A program made the position numbers and the translations under genes. A stretch of DNA of 64,000 nucleotides from an uncultured virus (IMG/VR IMGVR_UViG_3300012352_000670) (taxonomy: Duplodnaviria > Heunggongvirae > Uroviricota > Caudoviricetes), in the IMG/VR virus record IMGVR_UViG_3300012352_000670, one strand, 5' to 3'. This document shows positions 55,573 to 64,000 of the stretch, piece by piece. Within the stretch, counting starts at the first letter, position 1. Each line of letters starts with the position of its first letter. The notes below the pieces were generated by a model that made no database searches, had not been told where the DNA came from, and worked only from the letters and a program-made list of their open reading frames with translations.

Positions 55573-55791
55573 ATGGAAACCAGGGATCCACTACGCAGAG
55601 CTCTAGAACGTATAGAGTTATGTACTTACGCCATCCAAGAGGCGCATTACGAGGTAGAAGAACCTACTGACCCTGAGAAAAAGGCAGACCTGCTACTTGC
55701 GGTAGAAGCCCTAGCTTATGAAGCTATTGATCTTCTAGGGACTGCAAAGTTGTATGCGTGGGGGCCAGAAGAAGAGGACGAAGACCTTTAA
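55573..55791 (+). CDS. Small acidic protein (leaderless)
   Basis: TAAAAT-6nt-ATG. Confidence 0.55.
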   Translation: METRDPLRRALERIELCTYAIQEAHYEVEEPTDPEKKADLLLAVEALAYEAIDLLGTAKLYAWGPEEEDEDL

Positions 55792-56770
55792 GGGCTTCCA
55801 CCATCTTTCCTGCTTCTTTGTCTGGATTTGATATCAAGATATGAGTATGACGCTTTATATAGGAAAGATCTACGTACTCACCAATTAGTATTTGATAGGG
55901 CTCGTGCCAGTAGCCACCGATGTGCCCAAACAGCAGCTCGCACCTGAGCTCCACTACTAACCCACCTTCAGGCATAAATCCTAGATTTACTAAGCCAGAA
56001 CCAGTGCTCGTTATAAGTACGTCTGTCTCAGCAAGTAGCTTTACTTGATCATCAAAAGAGTCAAAGTCTTCAGGGCAGACTATGTCAAACCCCAGCTCAG
56101 CAAGGTATTGCTCAAGCTCAGCTTCCCCGTATAGACGGGAATCATCTTTATATCCAGGGTAGTCACTACCTTCATCTAGGCTGTGGAAGCGAACCTTCCT
56201 ACGACTTAGGTAGACTTTACGGCGTTTGTTAGAAGTTACCGCACTGAACTCGCAGATCTTATCTAGAACCAGTTTTATGTCTGGAAGCGACGCTTCTAGG
56301 GATAGCTCTGACATTTGGCGCATAGAGGACATATAGGAGAAGTTGGTCATCCTAGTTACAACAGGCAGTGCCATACCAACCCCAGGCACTGGTGTTCCTA
56401 CTATGAAGTAGTCAATACCGTTAGCATCCAATAAATCTAATGTATAGGAGTAGATTGAAGACTCAGTAGCCTTATCTAGGTCCACATGTAGAACAAATAG
56501 GATATTAGGATCTAAGGCCCTAACTCGAAATATCTCCGGCAAAACCTCCATGATTACGTGGAAGTAGGCTAGGTTGAAGTTTACGATGTACTTGCGACGA
56601 TCCGTTAGAAGTTCAGGGATATCCTGCAGCTTCATATATTCGATCTTAAGTTTTAATTCATCTAGAGTCCCAGAGATTAGCTCCCCAGACATATGCTCAT
56701 AGCCTACGTAGGAATCCCTATTGTAATTAATAGATAGGTCTAAAGGCGTGATTAAGGTTGTGTGCTTCAC
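55724..56770 (-). CDS. Glycosyltransferase family 61 (DUF563)-like, paralog of 51736..52749
   Basis: AYFHV..E, KVYLSR, PED..SF.DQ..L. Confidence 0.75.
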   Translation of the reverse strand: MKHTTLITPLDLSINYNRDSYVGYEHMSGELISGTLDELKLKIEYMKLQDIPELLTDRRKYIVNFNLAYFHVIMEVLPEIFRVRALDPNILFVLHVDLDKATESSIYSYTLDLLDANGIDYFIVGTPVPGVGMALPVVTRMTNFSYMSSMRQMSELSLEASLPDIKLVLDKICEFSAVTSNKRRKVYLSRRKVRFHSLDEGSDYPGYKDDSRLYGEAELEQYLAELGFDIVCPEDFDSFDDQVKLLAETDVLITSTGSGLVNLGFMPEGGLVVELRCELLFGHIGGYWHEPYQILIGEYVDLSYIKRHTHILISNPDKEAGKMVEALKGLRPLLLAPTHTTLQSLEDQ

Positions 56771-57231
56771 GTGCGCCTAGGTTATCTGTGGAATTTAGGC
56801 GGAAACAGGATCTTAGTTAGCTGTATATGCCCTTCTGGCGTTTCGCGCAGGTGCTTAATAATAGGCATAATCCGTATCCAGAAATAGATGCTGAAACTTA
56901 GTATTGATAGTAGCCATACAACTACGACCACTACCAGTACTAAGATTCTGCCGTCTTCCATATACTAAGTATAACTTAGATACGACCTCGACGTCCGGTT
57001 CCACGTGACTGCTTACGATACTGCAAAGCTGCAACAACGAAGGCACCGATAAAGCTAATCACTACGGTTGAAACCACTCCAACAAAGAATGACGCCCAGT
57101 CTAGAACGAATGAAATTACCACAGTAAACCTCCTTAAGGTCCCCTAAATACTAACACCTACACCCAGTCAGCGCAAGCTATACGTGGTAAAATAGGTATC
57201 GGGGAGAGGCCACCTAACGGGAGCCTCCATT

Positions 57232-57537
57232 TTGTCTACGAAAAATAAGAACAGTAAGACTGGTCTAACCCTCGACATCACGTACAGGGTTATAGCCACA
57301 TTCATTGCCAGCGCGCTCGGCGTAATCGGAGCTGGCTCAATTATTGGTTTAGATGTATGGATGTCCGCCGCGCTTGGTGGTCTGCTAGCAGTTGCAAAGG
57401 TTGTTGAGAAGCTAGCTCTCGCTTTCTTGGAGGACGGAAAGATCAGCCGAAGTGAAGTCAACATGATTTTCTCTCAAGTTGTCCGCCTCAAAGAAGCTGG
57501 AGAAGACTCCCCAAATGCGTCTAAGCTCAAGAAATAG
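57232..57537 (+). CDS. Holin-like membrane protein
   Basis: Two TM segments, R.IATF...ALG, DGKISR.E. Confidence 0.6.
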   Translation: MSTKNKNSKTGLTLDITYRVIATFIASALGVIGAGSIIGLDVWMSAALGGLLAVAKVVEKLALAFLEDGKISRSEVNMIFSQVVRLKEAGEDSPNASKLKK

Positions 57538-60500
57538 ACCCCTACTAAACGCATACTTAGCTGTAAGCCTTGCTTTTCTCTTCCCCCTAGCAGCTGGCTC
57601 TACTATCTCATATGCGTCAGTTGACCCTGCCCAGCAGGTTGCTGGTCTCCAGCAGGACCTACAGACCTATACCCAGCAGTACTCGACCTACACAGGGCAC
57701 TACCAGACATACGCTCCTTCTAGGATTAACGAACTAAACGACTTTGCATCAGCCCTAACTCCTTTCTCGTCGGCCGTATCTACCGCGACTTCGGCGCTAC
57801 AGAACCACTACAGTGCTCTAGCAGCTCTTCAAGTTGCACAAGGGAATGTAAGCGCAGTGCCAGGGCAGATCGCTACAGCTCAGGCTTCGTTGGATGTTGC
57901 CCAAGCAAACTACGAAACTGCTTCTGCTTCTTTAGCTGCTCTACAGCCAAGCTACTCAGAAGCTTTGTCAGCTAGAAATACTGCATATGCTAACTACCAA
58001 TCAACTGTTGTCAATGCCAACATCCTTGAAGACTTCAACGGAAACCAGATTATTTCCGGGATCCAGTTCCTACTAAACGGAACCAACGCTCTAGTTTCGA
58101 ACACTGGCAACCCAATGATTACCAGCGGGCGCGTCTTCGTGAACCAGTGGCCTCAGAACCTTCACGTTATTGCACCAGCCAACTCTTCTCCAACAGCCCT
58201 AGGTTTCGAGACCTACGCTCGTAATGGCGATCAGACTATTACCGTCACCTTCACCGATGACTCCACCGCCACCTTCGTGAACCCTAATGGTGTTGGAAAC
58301 AATGCTTGTCCGAGCTACTACTGCAACGTTTCATATACTGCACCAACAGGCAAAGTCATTAAGTCTTACGTAATTCCAGGCGACTATGACATTCTCTACC
58401 TAGACAAGTTCACATTCGCTAGCAACTCTTACGATGCAACCGCACAGCAAACTTATCAACAAGCTCAGGCAGCTTTAGATGCTTTGACCCCAAACTACAC
58501 TGCAGCTTCTAGTGCAGTAAGTTCAGCGACTGCTACACTTGCGAGTTCTCAGCAAAATTACAACAATTTATCCGCTTCAAGTTACCTTCAGAACCTAGAA
58601 ACGCTCCGCGACAACGCACAACAGGTAGCATCTGACGCTTCAACGGCTCTTACAAATGCAATAAATACTGCTACAGTTGCAAAACAAGCAGTAGTAGATG
58701 CGATTTCCGCCATCACTTTGCCACCTACCAGCCTAGAAGTCACCTCTACAGCCGACACTACAGCTGAAGGAACACTCCGCTGGGCAATTGCACAGGCTAA
58801 CGCACAAGCTGGTGGTATCTACGATCTCATCACCATCAATACAACAGAGCCAATCGTTCTGACCGCAAACCTCCCACTGATCACCCAGAACGTAACCATT
58901 ACCTCCGACAACCGAGCAACCTCGATTATTGATGGTAATGCTCTCTACACTGCATTCGATATGAGAGGCAGCTCTCTCACACTGAACCTATCTAATGTCA
59001 CCATTCAGAACACCTTTGCATCCGACTGGCAACGTGGTTCGGCTGTGTGGATTGTCCGCGGAACTGCCAATGTTAATAACGTCCACTTCCGCAACATCGC
59101 ACAAGGAACTGCCGTAACAACTAAGGAAGGTGGTTCGTATATCAACATCTCGAACTCACTTTTCACGAACAACAACCAAGGTGTATTCTCTAACCACGGA
59201 TCAACTCCTTCTACTACTACAGCGGTAGACACTGCTTACGATAACCGCATCACTATTACCGGCACAACTTTCAACAACAACTCAACCGCCATTTACGGCG
59301 AGCGCACAGTTCTAGTTGACAACTCAACCTTCAACTCAAACGTTTTTGCATTCCGCATGCAAGGAATCAACAAGCACCGAGTTACTAACTCGACTTTCAA
59401 CGCTAACCAATACGCTATTTACACTAGCTCGTGGGTTCCTACCAGCTGGACTTCATTCTTCTCGGATCCACCACAGGGCCGTGTAATCCACAACAACGTC
59501 TTCACCAACAACGTAAACAAGGTAATCACCCTAGATGACCGAAACAATGACGGCAAATCTAACTCACGAGGCGCGTCTATTCAGAACAACTCATGGGATG
59601 GTAAGGGTGGCATCTTCGTTGAATACAACCACTTTGACTACACCAACAACGTAAATAACTACTACGCAATAAATGTTGCAAACTTCAGCGCACAGGTCAC
59701 TCACCCATTTGCATTTGCTAACAACCTAGAGGTCTCTCCTAAGATCGCAGCTCCAACCAACGTTCAAGCAACCGCTAACTCAGATGGGTCTGTAACCTTA
59801 ACTTGGGATGCTTCAGTTACCCAGAACACACAGGTAGAGCGTTACGCAGTGTTCTTCACTACTGGCGACAACGCAGGATGGGGAGTGCCTTCTACCGGAA
59901 CTTCAATCACTCTTCCAGCTCAGATCTTTGATACTACTGGAGGTAGAGGCCACACTTACACCTTCAAGATCCGCGGTGACATTGACAGCATCGCTCTTTA
60001 CTCAGAGTTCTCATCAACGGTCACCGCGAGCATTCCAGCCCCAGCGCCAACAGGGATTTACTCGATTGTAGAGGGTGAGTCACTTCTAATCAACGCAATC
60101 CAAGGTAACACTTTCCAGACAGTGACAGCTTGGTACGGAGATCCAAACAACCTATCTTGCGGTTTAGATGTCTCCCAGCAGATGACTCAGATCTTCGCAG
60201 GAACTTCATCAGTTGTTGTCTTCTCAGACAATGGCATTGCTGGAGACACCTGCCCTGGCGTAGTTAAAGTTCTTGTAATCCAGAGCATTTCGTACACCCC
60301 AATTCCAGTGGTAGTTCCGCCGACCCCAACTCCAACCCCAGAGCCAAGTCCACAGCCAGAGCCTACCCCGACTCCAACTCCAACTCCAACTCCTACCCCT
60401 GAACCAGAACCAACCCCAACCCCAACCCCAACTCCGGTGGAGCCTACTCCCGACCCTGAACCAACTCCAGAGCCGACCACACCAGTAGACCCAGAGCCAA

Positions 60501-61084
60501 CACCAGAACCGGAACCAACCCCAGAACCAGAGCCAACGCCAGAACCAGAAGAGACAGCAAAGCCAGAAGAACCTGTAGTAGAACCTGAAGAAGAACCTTC
60601 ACCTGAACCAACTCCTACCGAAGAACCAACTGAAGAAGAGCCTATCACTTCAGTCGAAGAGCTACCAGAAGTGATTACTGCTGATGTTCTTATGGAGATT
60701 GCTCTCGAAGAGATCGTTCCTACTGATCTAACTTCAGCTCAGGCAGAAGCAATTAAGGAAGCAGCGCTCGAAGTGTTCGAGACTGCAGTAGCTGGATCTC
60801 CTGAATACGAGCAAGCTCTTGATGCTTTATATGTCGCAGCCGAGGCTGACGACATTGTTGTAGACGAGGAACTTGCAAGCATTCCAGGTATTGGTGCCGC
60901 CGCAGTTGCAGTTGCCGAAGTTCTAAACCTTTTGTCCAACGTCGGTGCTGACATGAATCCCGAGGTTCGTGAAGATGCACAGAAGGCAACCGTAGCCGCG
61001 GTTATCGTTGGTCAAATTGCAGGTTCAGCAATCGCTGCAACCACAGCCGCTGCACCAGCTGCAGCTTCACGAAGGATCAAATAA
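57515..61084 (+). CDS. Large secreted/surface protein: coiled coil, beta-helix repeats, FN3, lectin-like domain, PT/PE linker, C-terminal hydrophobic anchor
   Basis: Signal peptide; [12 protein letters not shown] repeats, APTNVQA..VTLTW (FN3), YG....C...D.C.G..K.L (SUEL-like). Confidence 0.75.
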   Translation: MRLSSRNRPLLNAYLAVSLAFLFPLAAGSTISYASVDPAQQVAGLQQDLQTYTQQYSTYTGHYQTYAPSRINELNDFASALTPFSSAVSTATSALQNHYSALAALQVAQGNVSAVPGQIATAQASLDVAQANYETASASLAALQPSYSEALSARNTAYANYQSTVVNANILEDFNGNQIISGIQFLLNGTNALVSNTGNPMITSGRVFVNQWPQNLHVIAPANSSPTALGFETYARNGDQTITVTFTDDSTATFVNPNGVGNNACPSYYCNVSYTAPTGKVIKSYVIPGDYDILYLDKFTFASNSYDATAQQTYQQAQAALDALTPNYTAASSAVSSATATLASSQQNYNNLSASSYLQNLETLRDNAQQVASDASTALTNAINTATVAKQAVVDAISAITLPPTSLEVTSTADTTAEGTLRWAIAQANAQAGGIYDLITINTTEPIVLTANLPLITQNVTITSDNRATSIIDGNALYTAFDMRGSSLTLNLSNVTIQNTFASDWQRGSAVWIVRGTANVNNVHFRNIAQGTAVTTKEGGSYINISNSLFTNNNQGVFSNHGSTPSTTTAVDTAYDNRITITGTTFNNNSTAIYGERTVLVDNSTFNSNVFAFRMQGINKHRVTNSTFNANQYAIYTSSWVPTSWTSFFSDPPQGRVIHNNVFTNNVNKVITLDDRNNDGKSNSRGASIQNNSWDGKGGIFVEYNHFDYTNNVNNYYAINVANFSAQVTHPFAFANNLEVSPKIAAPTNVQATANSDGSVTLTWDASVTQNTQVERYAVFFTTGDNAGWGVPSTGTSITLPAQIFDTTGGRGHTYTFKIRGDIDSIALYSEFSSTVTASIPAPAPTGIYSIVEGESLLINAIQGNTFQTVTAWYGDPNNLSCGLDVSQQMTQIFAGTSSVVVFSDNGIAGDTCPGVVKVLVIQSISYTPIPVVVPPTPTPTPEPSPQPEPTPTPTPTPTPTPEPEPTPTPTPTPVEPTPDPEPTPEPTTPVDPEPTPEPEPTPEPEPTPEPEETAKPEEPVVEPEEEPSPEPTPTEEPTEEEPITSVEELPEVITADVLMEIALEEIVPTDLTSAQAEAIKEAALEVFETAVAGSPEYEQALDALYVAAEADDIVVDEELASIPGIGAAAVAVAEVLNLLSNVGADMNPEVREDAQKATVAAVIVGQIAGSAIAATTAAAPAAASRRIK

Positions 61085-61497
61085 TGTACGAATACAGAGT
61101 TAAGTCTGTCCTCGGCGTTGTTGACGGGGATACTATCGACGTTGACATTGACTTAGGATTTGACATTTCTATTACGAAGCGGGTCCGCCTTGCAGGCATA
61201 GACACCCCCGAGTCACGCACTTCTGACAAAGCAGAAAAAGTGCTCGGGCTTGAAGTTAAGGATCTTCTTAAGAAGAAACTTAAAGAAGCAACAACCGTTG
61301 TAATCAGAACAGAAAAGCCAGACTCATCTGAGAAGTATGGACGAGTCCTTGGTTGGTTGTTCATTGACGGAGCAGAGCAGTCTTTTAACGAAACCATGAT
61401 TGCCTCAGGCTACGCGTGGGAGTACATGGGAGAAACCAAGATCAAGGACTTTGATCTTTTGAAGCAACGCCGAGCATCAGCTCAAACAAACAAGTAA
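61084..61497 (+). CDS. Thermonuclease (SNase-like)
   Basis: VVDGDTID...RVRLAGIDTPE...KYGR.LG...N..MI..GYA. Confidence 0.9.
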   Translation: MYEYRVKSVLGVVDGDTIDVDIDLGFDISITKRVRLAGIDTPESRTSDKAEKVLGLEVKDLLKKKLKEATTVVIRTEKPDSSEKYGRVLGWLFIDGAEQSFNETMIASGYAWEYMGETKIKDFDLLKQRRASAQTNK

Positions 61498-61506
61498 GGA
61501 ACAGAA

Positions 61507-61707
61507 ATGAAGCACTTTATCAAGGCTCTCTTTCAGGACCTAGTTGACCAAGCTTGGACTCTTCTCGGTCTTGGTACTGCATGGGTTCTTCTCGAGGGTT
61601 CAGCCCGCGAGCTAGTCGGAAACATGATTCTAATCACCCTAAGCATCTGGGTCATTACTTTCCCTATCTTCCGCTATGAAAAGCCAGAAAAAGACGACAA
61701 AAAGTAG
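61507..61707 (+). CDS. Small two-TM membrane protein (possible holin)
   Basis: QAWTLLG..AW..LEGSAR; upstream of the endolysin. Confidence 0.55.
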   Translation: MKHFIKALFQDLVDQAWTLLGLGTAWVLLEGSARELVGNMILITLSIWVITFPIFRYEKPEKDDKK

Positions 61708-61882
61708 TAACAATGCTCCTATGTGGGTGCAAACAACATAGCCATCAATCTTGGCTAGAGGCACAACTAGAGCTAGGTCGCGTCGAAAGCGTCGAAGGTC
61801 CTTTGGATTGGCGCTCTCGGCGCGATTTTATTTGCAATTTTATGCACAAATGGGATATATCTAAAGCTGATAAAATTGAGCC

Positions 61883-62146
61883 ATGAAGAGGCTTTTCTCA
61901 TACATTTGGTTCTATTTTCAGCCGAATGAGAAAGAGCTAGGTAGGGAGGCCTATCTAGCAGCTAAGACGTACTATGCCCTCAGACCGCTACGCAATCCAT
62001 CAAATATGTTTCCTAGGGTTGCAGAGTACAACCAAAGACGAGAAGCATTTATAGCTTTCCAAAGAGGCTACAAAAACAACTACCGCCACAGCTACGCTAT
62101 GGCAAAACTAAAGGATATGACATGGCAAAAGCACAGTTCCCACTAG
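61883..62146 (+). CDS. Basic hypothetical protein (leaderless)
   Basis: TAAAAT-6nt-ATG. Confidence 0.5.
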   Translation: MKRLFSYIWFYFQPNEKELGREAYLAAKTYYALRPLRNPSNMFPRVAEYNQRREAFIAFQRGYKNNYRHSYAMAKLKDMTWQKHSSH

Positions 62147-62997
62147 ACGGGAAGCTTGGAAAAGACTGGAAGATCACCAGCGAAATGGGCTGGAGAATTC
62201 ACCCAGTTCAGAAGACCAAGAAGCACCACAATGGTGCAGACATCATCGGCCTAGGCAAGGGCCCATTCTACATCGAAGCACCTTATGCAGGTAAGGTTCT
62301 TAAGGCAACTAAGTCAACCGCACCAGGCGGAGGCTTCGGAAACTACGTAGTTGTGTACCACAAGATTAACGGTAAGCACTACACAACTCTTTACGCACAC
62401 ATGAAGGACGGCTCAATCAAGGTTAAGCCAGGTCAGAAGATCGAAGCCGGAACAGTCCTAGGAATCATGGGAACTACTGGTATGTCAACTGGCGTCCACC
62501 TCCACTGGGAGATGTGGGCTGGAAAGACTCACGGTTGGTCTGCAGACGGCAAGGGCTTCGTTAACGCAGTTAAGTTCTTCAAGGCACTTATCGCACAAGA
62601 AGCAGAGATTGCTGCAGCACCAGCTTCTACCCCAGAAGATGCCCCTACCGCAGATGCGCCAGAGCACACTGAAGAGTTTGCAACTAAGGTACAGGAAAAG
62701 TATGAAGCAGAGAAGGCAGCTAATAAGGCTCCAGCTCCAGCAACTCCTGCCCCAGTCGCAGCACCTGTTGTAAAGAAAGCACCGCTAGCTCCAGCGAAGC
62801 CAGCACTAACTGGAGAACTTAAGAAGGGTTCTAAGGGAGCAGCGGTCAAATATCTACAAACGAAGTTAGCCGTACAGGGAGATCAGCTAGGCGTATTTGG
62901 TGAAAATACCCATAAGTCAGTAGCGGCACTCCAGAAGAAGAGCGGACTCAAGTCGGACGGAATTGTTGGTCCCCTGACTTGGAAAGCTCTAGGCTAA
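62122..62997 (+). CDS. Endolysin: M23 peptidase + peptidoglycan-binding domain
   Basis: HNGAD, YAHM, STGVHLHWE; C-terminal LKKGSKG.AV..LQ...DGIVGP.TW.AL. Confidence 0.92.
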   Translation: MAKAQFPLDGKLGKDWKITSEMGWRIHPVQKTKKHHNGADIIGLGKGPFYIEAPYAGKVLKATKSTAPGGGFGNYVVVYHKINGKHYTTLYAHMKDGSIKVKPGQKIEAGTVLGIMGTTGMSTGVHLHWEMWAGKTHGWSADGKGFVNAVKFFKALIAQEAEIAAAPASTPEDAPTADAPEHTEEFATKVQEKYEAEKAANKAPAPATPAPVAAPVVKKAPLAPAKPALTGELKKGSKGAAVKYLQTKLAVQGDQLGVFGENTHKSVAALQKKSGLKSDGIVGPLTWKALG

Positions 62998-63012
62998 CTC
63001 CCCCCAACAAAG

Positions 63013-63044
63013 AAAAGCCCTCGGTACTAGTGCCGGGGGTTTTT
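63013..63044. terminator. Bidirectional terminator between convergent genes
   Basis: AAAAGCCCTCGGTACTAGTGCCGGGGGTTTTT. Confidence 0.8.
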
Positions 63045-63047
63045 CCT

Positions 63048-63353
63048 TTACCTTCGATTATCTCCATCGAAGTCATCGAAGTCATCGTCGTCATCCAATA
63101 GACCGCGCTCATCCAGCTGCTCTAGATTAATTCGGATCGAATCAACGATATCTTGGAAAGAAGAATTAAGTCGAATAATGTCTTTATCACGAGCATGCAT
63201 CTCGATCATCTCGGCCTTGTAGATCAGCTTAGCCATCTTCTTTTGATCGGCCTCCCCTAGATTCTTAAAAATAGGGTTGTTTAAGATCATAATAATGATG
63301 TTAGACATATGCCGCTGTTTTTGAATTTTTCGCAGTTGCCGTTCTCGCATCAC
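63048..63353 (-). CDS. Hypothetical protein with acidic tail
   Basis: ORF converging on the terminator. Confidence 0.55.
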   Translation of the reverse strand: MMRERQLRKIQKQRHMSNIIIMILNNPIFKNLGEADQKKMAKLIYKAEMIEMHARDKDIIRLNSSFQDIVDSIRINLEQLDERGLLDDDDDFDDFDGDNRR

Positions 63354-63389
63354 TATCTCTTTCTCTAGTTAAAAAGATACTATCAGATT

Positions 63390-63608
63390 TTAGTCCAAGG
63401 TGGACACATCGGCATAGTGATCTATGTCAACCATTTCCATCTGATCTTCGCCATCTTCCTGCACCACAATCATATGGGGAATTTCAGAGTTTTCGACATA
63501 TGTCACAGTCCCCTGTATTTGAGTGGGGATGGAAGAGAAGTAGGGGGACCTGCAGACGATAACTCGGCCTAAAAGGTCACTAAAGTTATTGCGGTCAATT
63601 TCACCCAT
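63390..63608 (-). CDS. Hypothetical protein
   Basis: AGGAG SD. Confidence 0.5.
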   Translation of the reverse strand: MGEIDRNNFSDLLGRVIVCRSPYFSSIPTQIQGTVTYVENSEIPHMIVVQEDGEDQMEMVDIDHYADVSTLD

Positions 63609-64000
63609 AGGGTCTCCTGGAACTAGTACTTCTAGTTTAAAGGAGCCCAGACAAGGCTATTCGAGTCGAAAGTTTAAGAAGATTAGATCGCCATCTTTCC
63701 AGTAAAAATATACGTCATCTGGCTTGCTGTAGTTTATGTGCCCAGCTTTAACCAAGAAGTCGAGGACTTCTTTAGCTGTAGCTACTGGCTTATCCTCTTG
63801 TGATGGCATCAACTACAATTATAGCTGATCCTCGGAATCTAGATATCCCATATCATTGGCCAGCATTAGGAACGTAAATTCGATCTTTGTGGCCAAGTCC
63901 TCGATCTCTTTCTTACCCTTGACCAGCTTGCCGTCGATGTTCCTTAGGCGGTATAGAAAGTCATCCATCCGCTCTTCACCATTACCTGAATTGCTCATGA

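Noticed and set aside
60320..60645. Nucleotide repeat array
   Set aside because: Encodes the PT/PE low-complexity linker of the surface protein; the antisense Gly/Ser/Val ORF 60187..60648 is a shadow.
1..64000. tRNA/rRNA genes, integrase, reverse transcriptase/DGR, alternative genetic code
   Set aside because: No cloverleaf with a T-loop or relevant catalytic motifs recognised by eye; long ORFs are intact in the standard code. A tRNAscan-SE run would be needed to exclude tRNAs.

Overview
This window is 64 kb of a large tailed dsDNA actinobacteriophage. Evidence for an actinobacterial host: a ClgR-like HTH, actinobacterial-type SSB, NlpC/P60 and many leaderless genes. Layout: (1) 1-21.3 kb, minus strand: virion module resembling mycobacteriophage cluster B (terminase large subunit, portal, Dps, a giant modular protein, an ArdC/MPTase polyvalent protein, capsid maturation protease fusion, major capsid hexamer and pentamer proteins, major tail protein). 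(2) 21.3-27 kb: auxiliary genes (carbamoyltransferase, heme oxygenase, NlpC/P60). (3) 27.4-44 kb: an array of early-type expression cassettes (promoter, long SD, short ORF, terminator). (4) 44-54 kb: 2OG-Fe(II) oxygenases, a TerS-like protein and glycosylation genes. (5) 54.5-63 kb, mostly plus strand: large surface protein, nuclease, holin-like proteins, M23 endolysin. Most striking observations: the cassettes are nearly free of several restriction-type palindromes (GATC, AGCT, CCGG, GGCC and others) while the spacers between them are packed with those sites; a candidate -1 frameshift would fuse the 1691-aa modular protein to the ArdC/MPTase protein into a polyprotein punctuated by G[LF]DQ motifs; early promoters carry motifs resembling host WhiA, MtrA/GlnR and PafBC boxes; a 13-bp motif switches orientation across the region; and two 3' pseudoknots covary. 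All family calls come from motif recognition by eye. No database searches were run, and site counts are manual.
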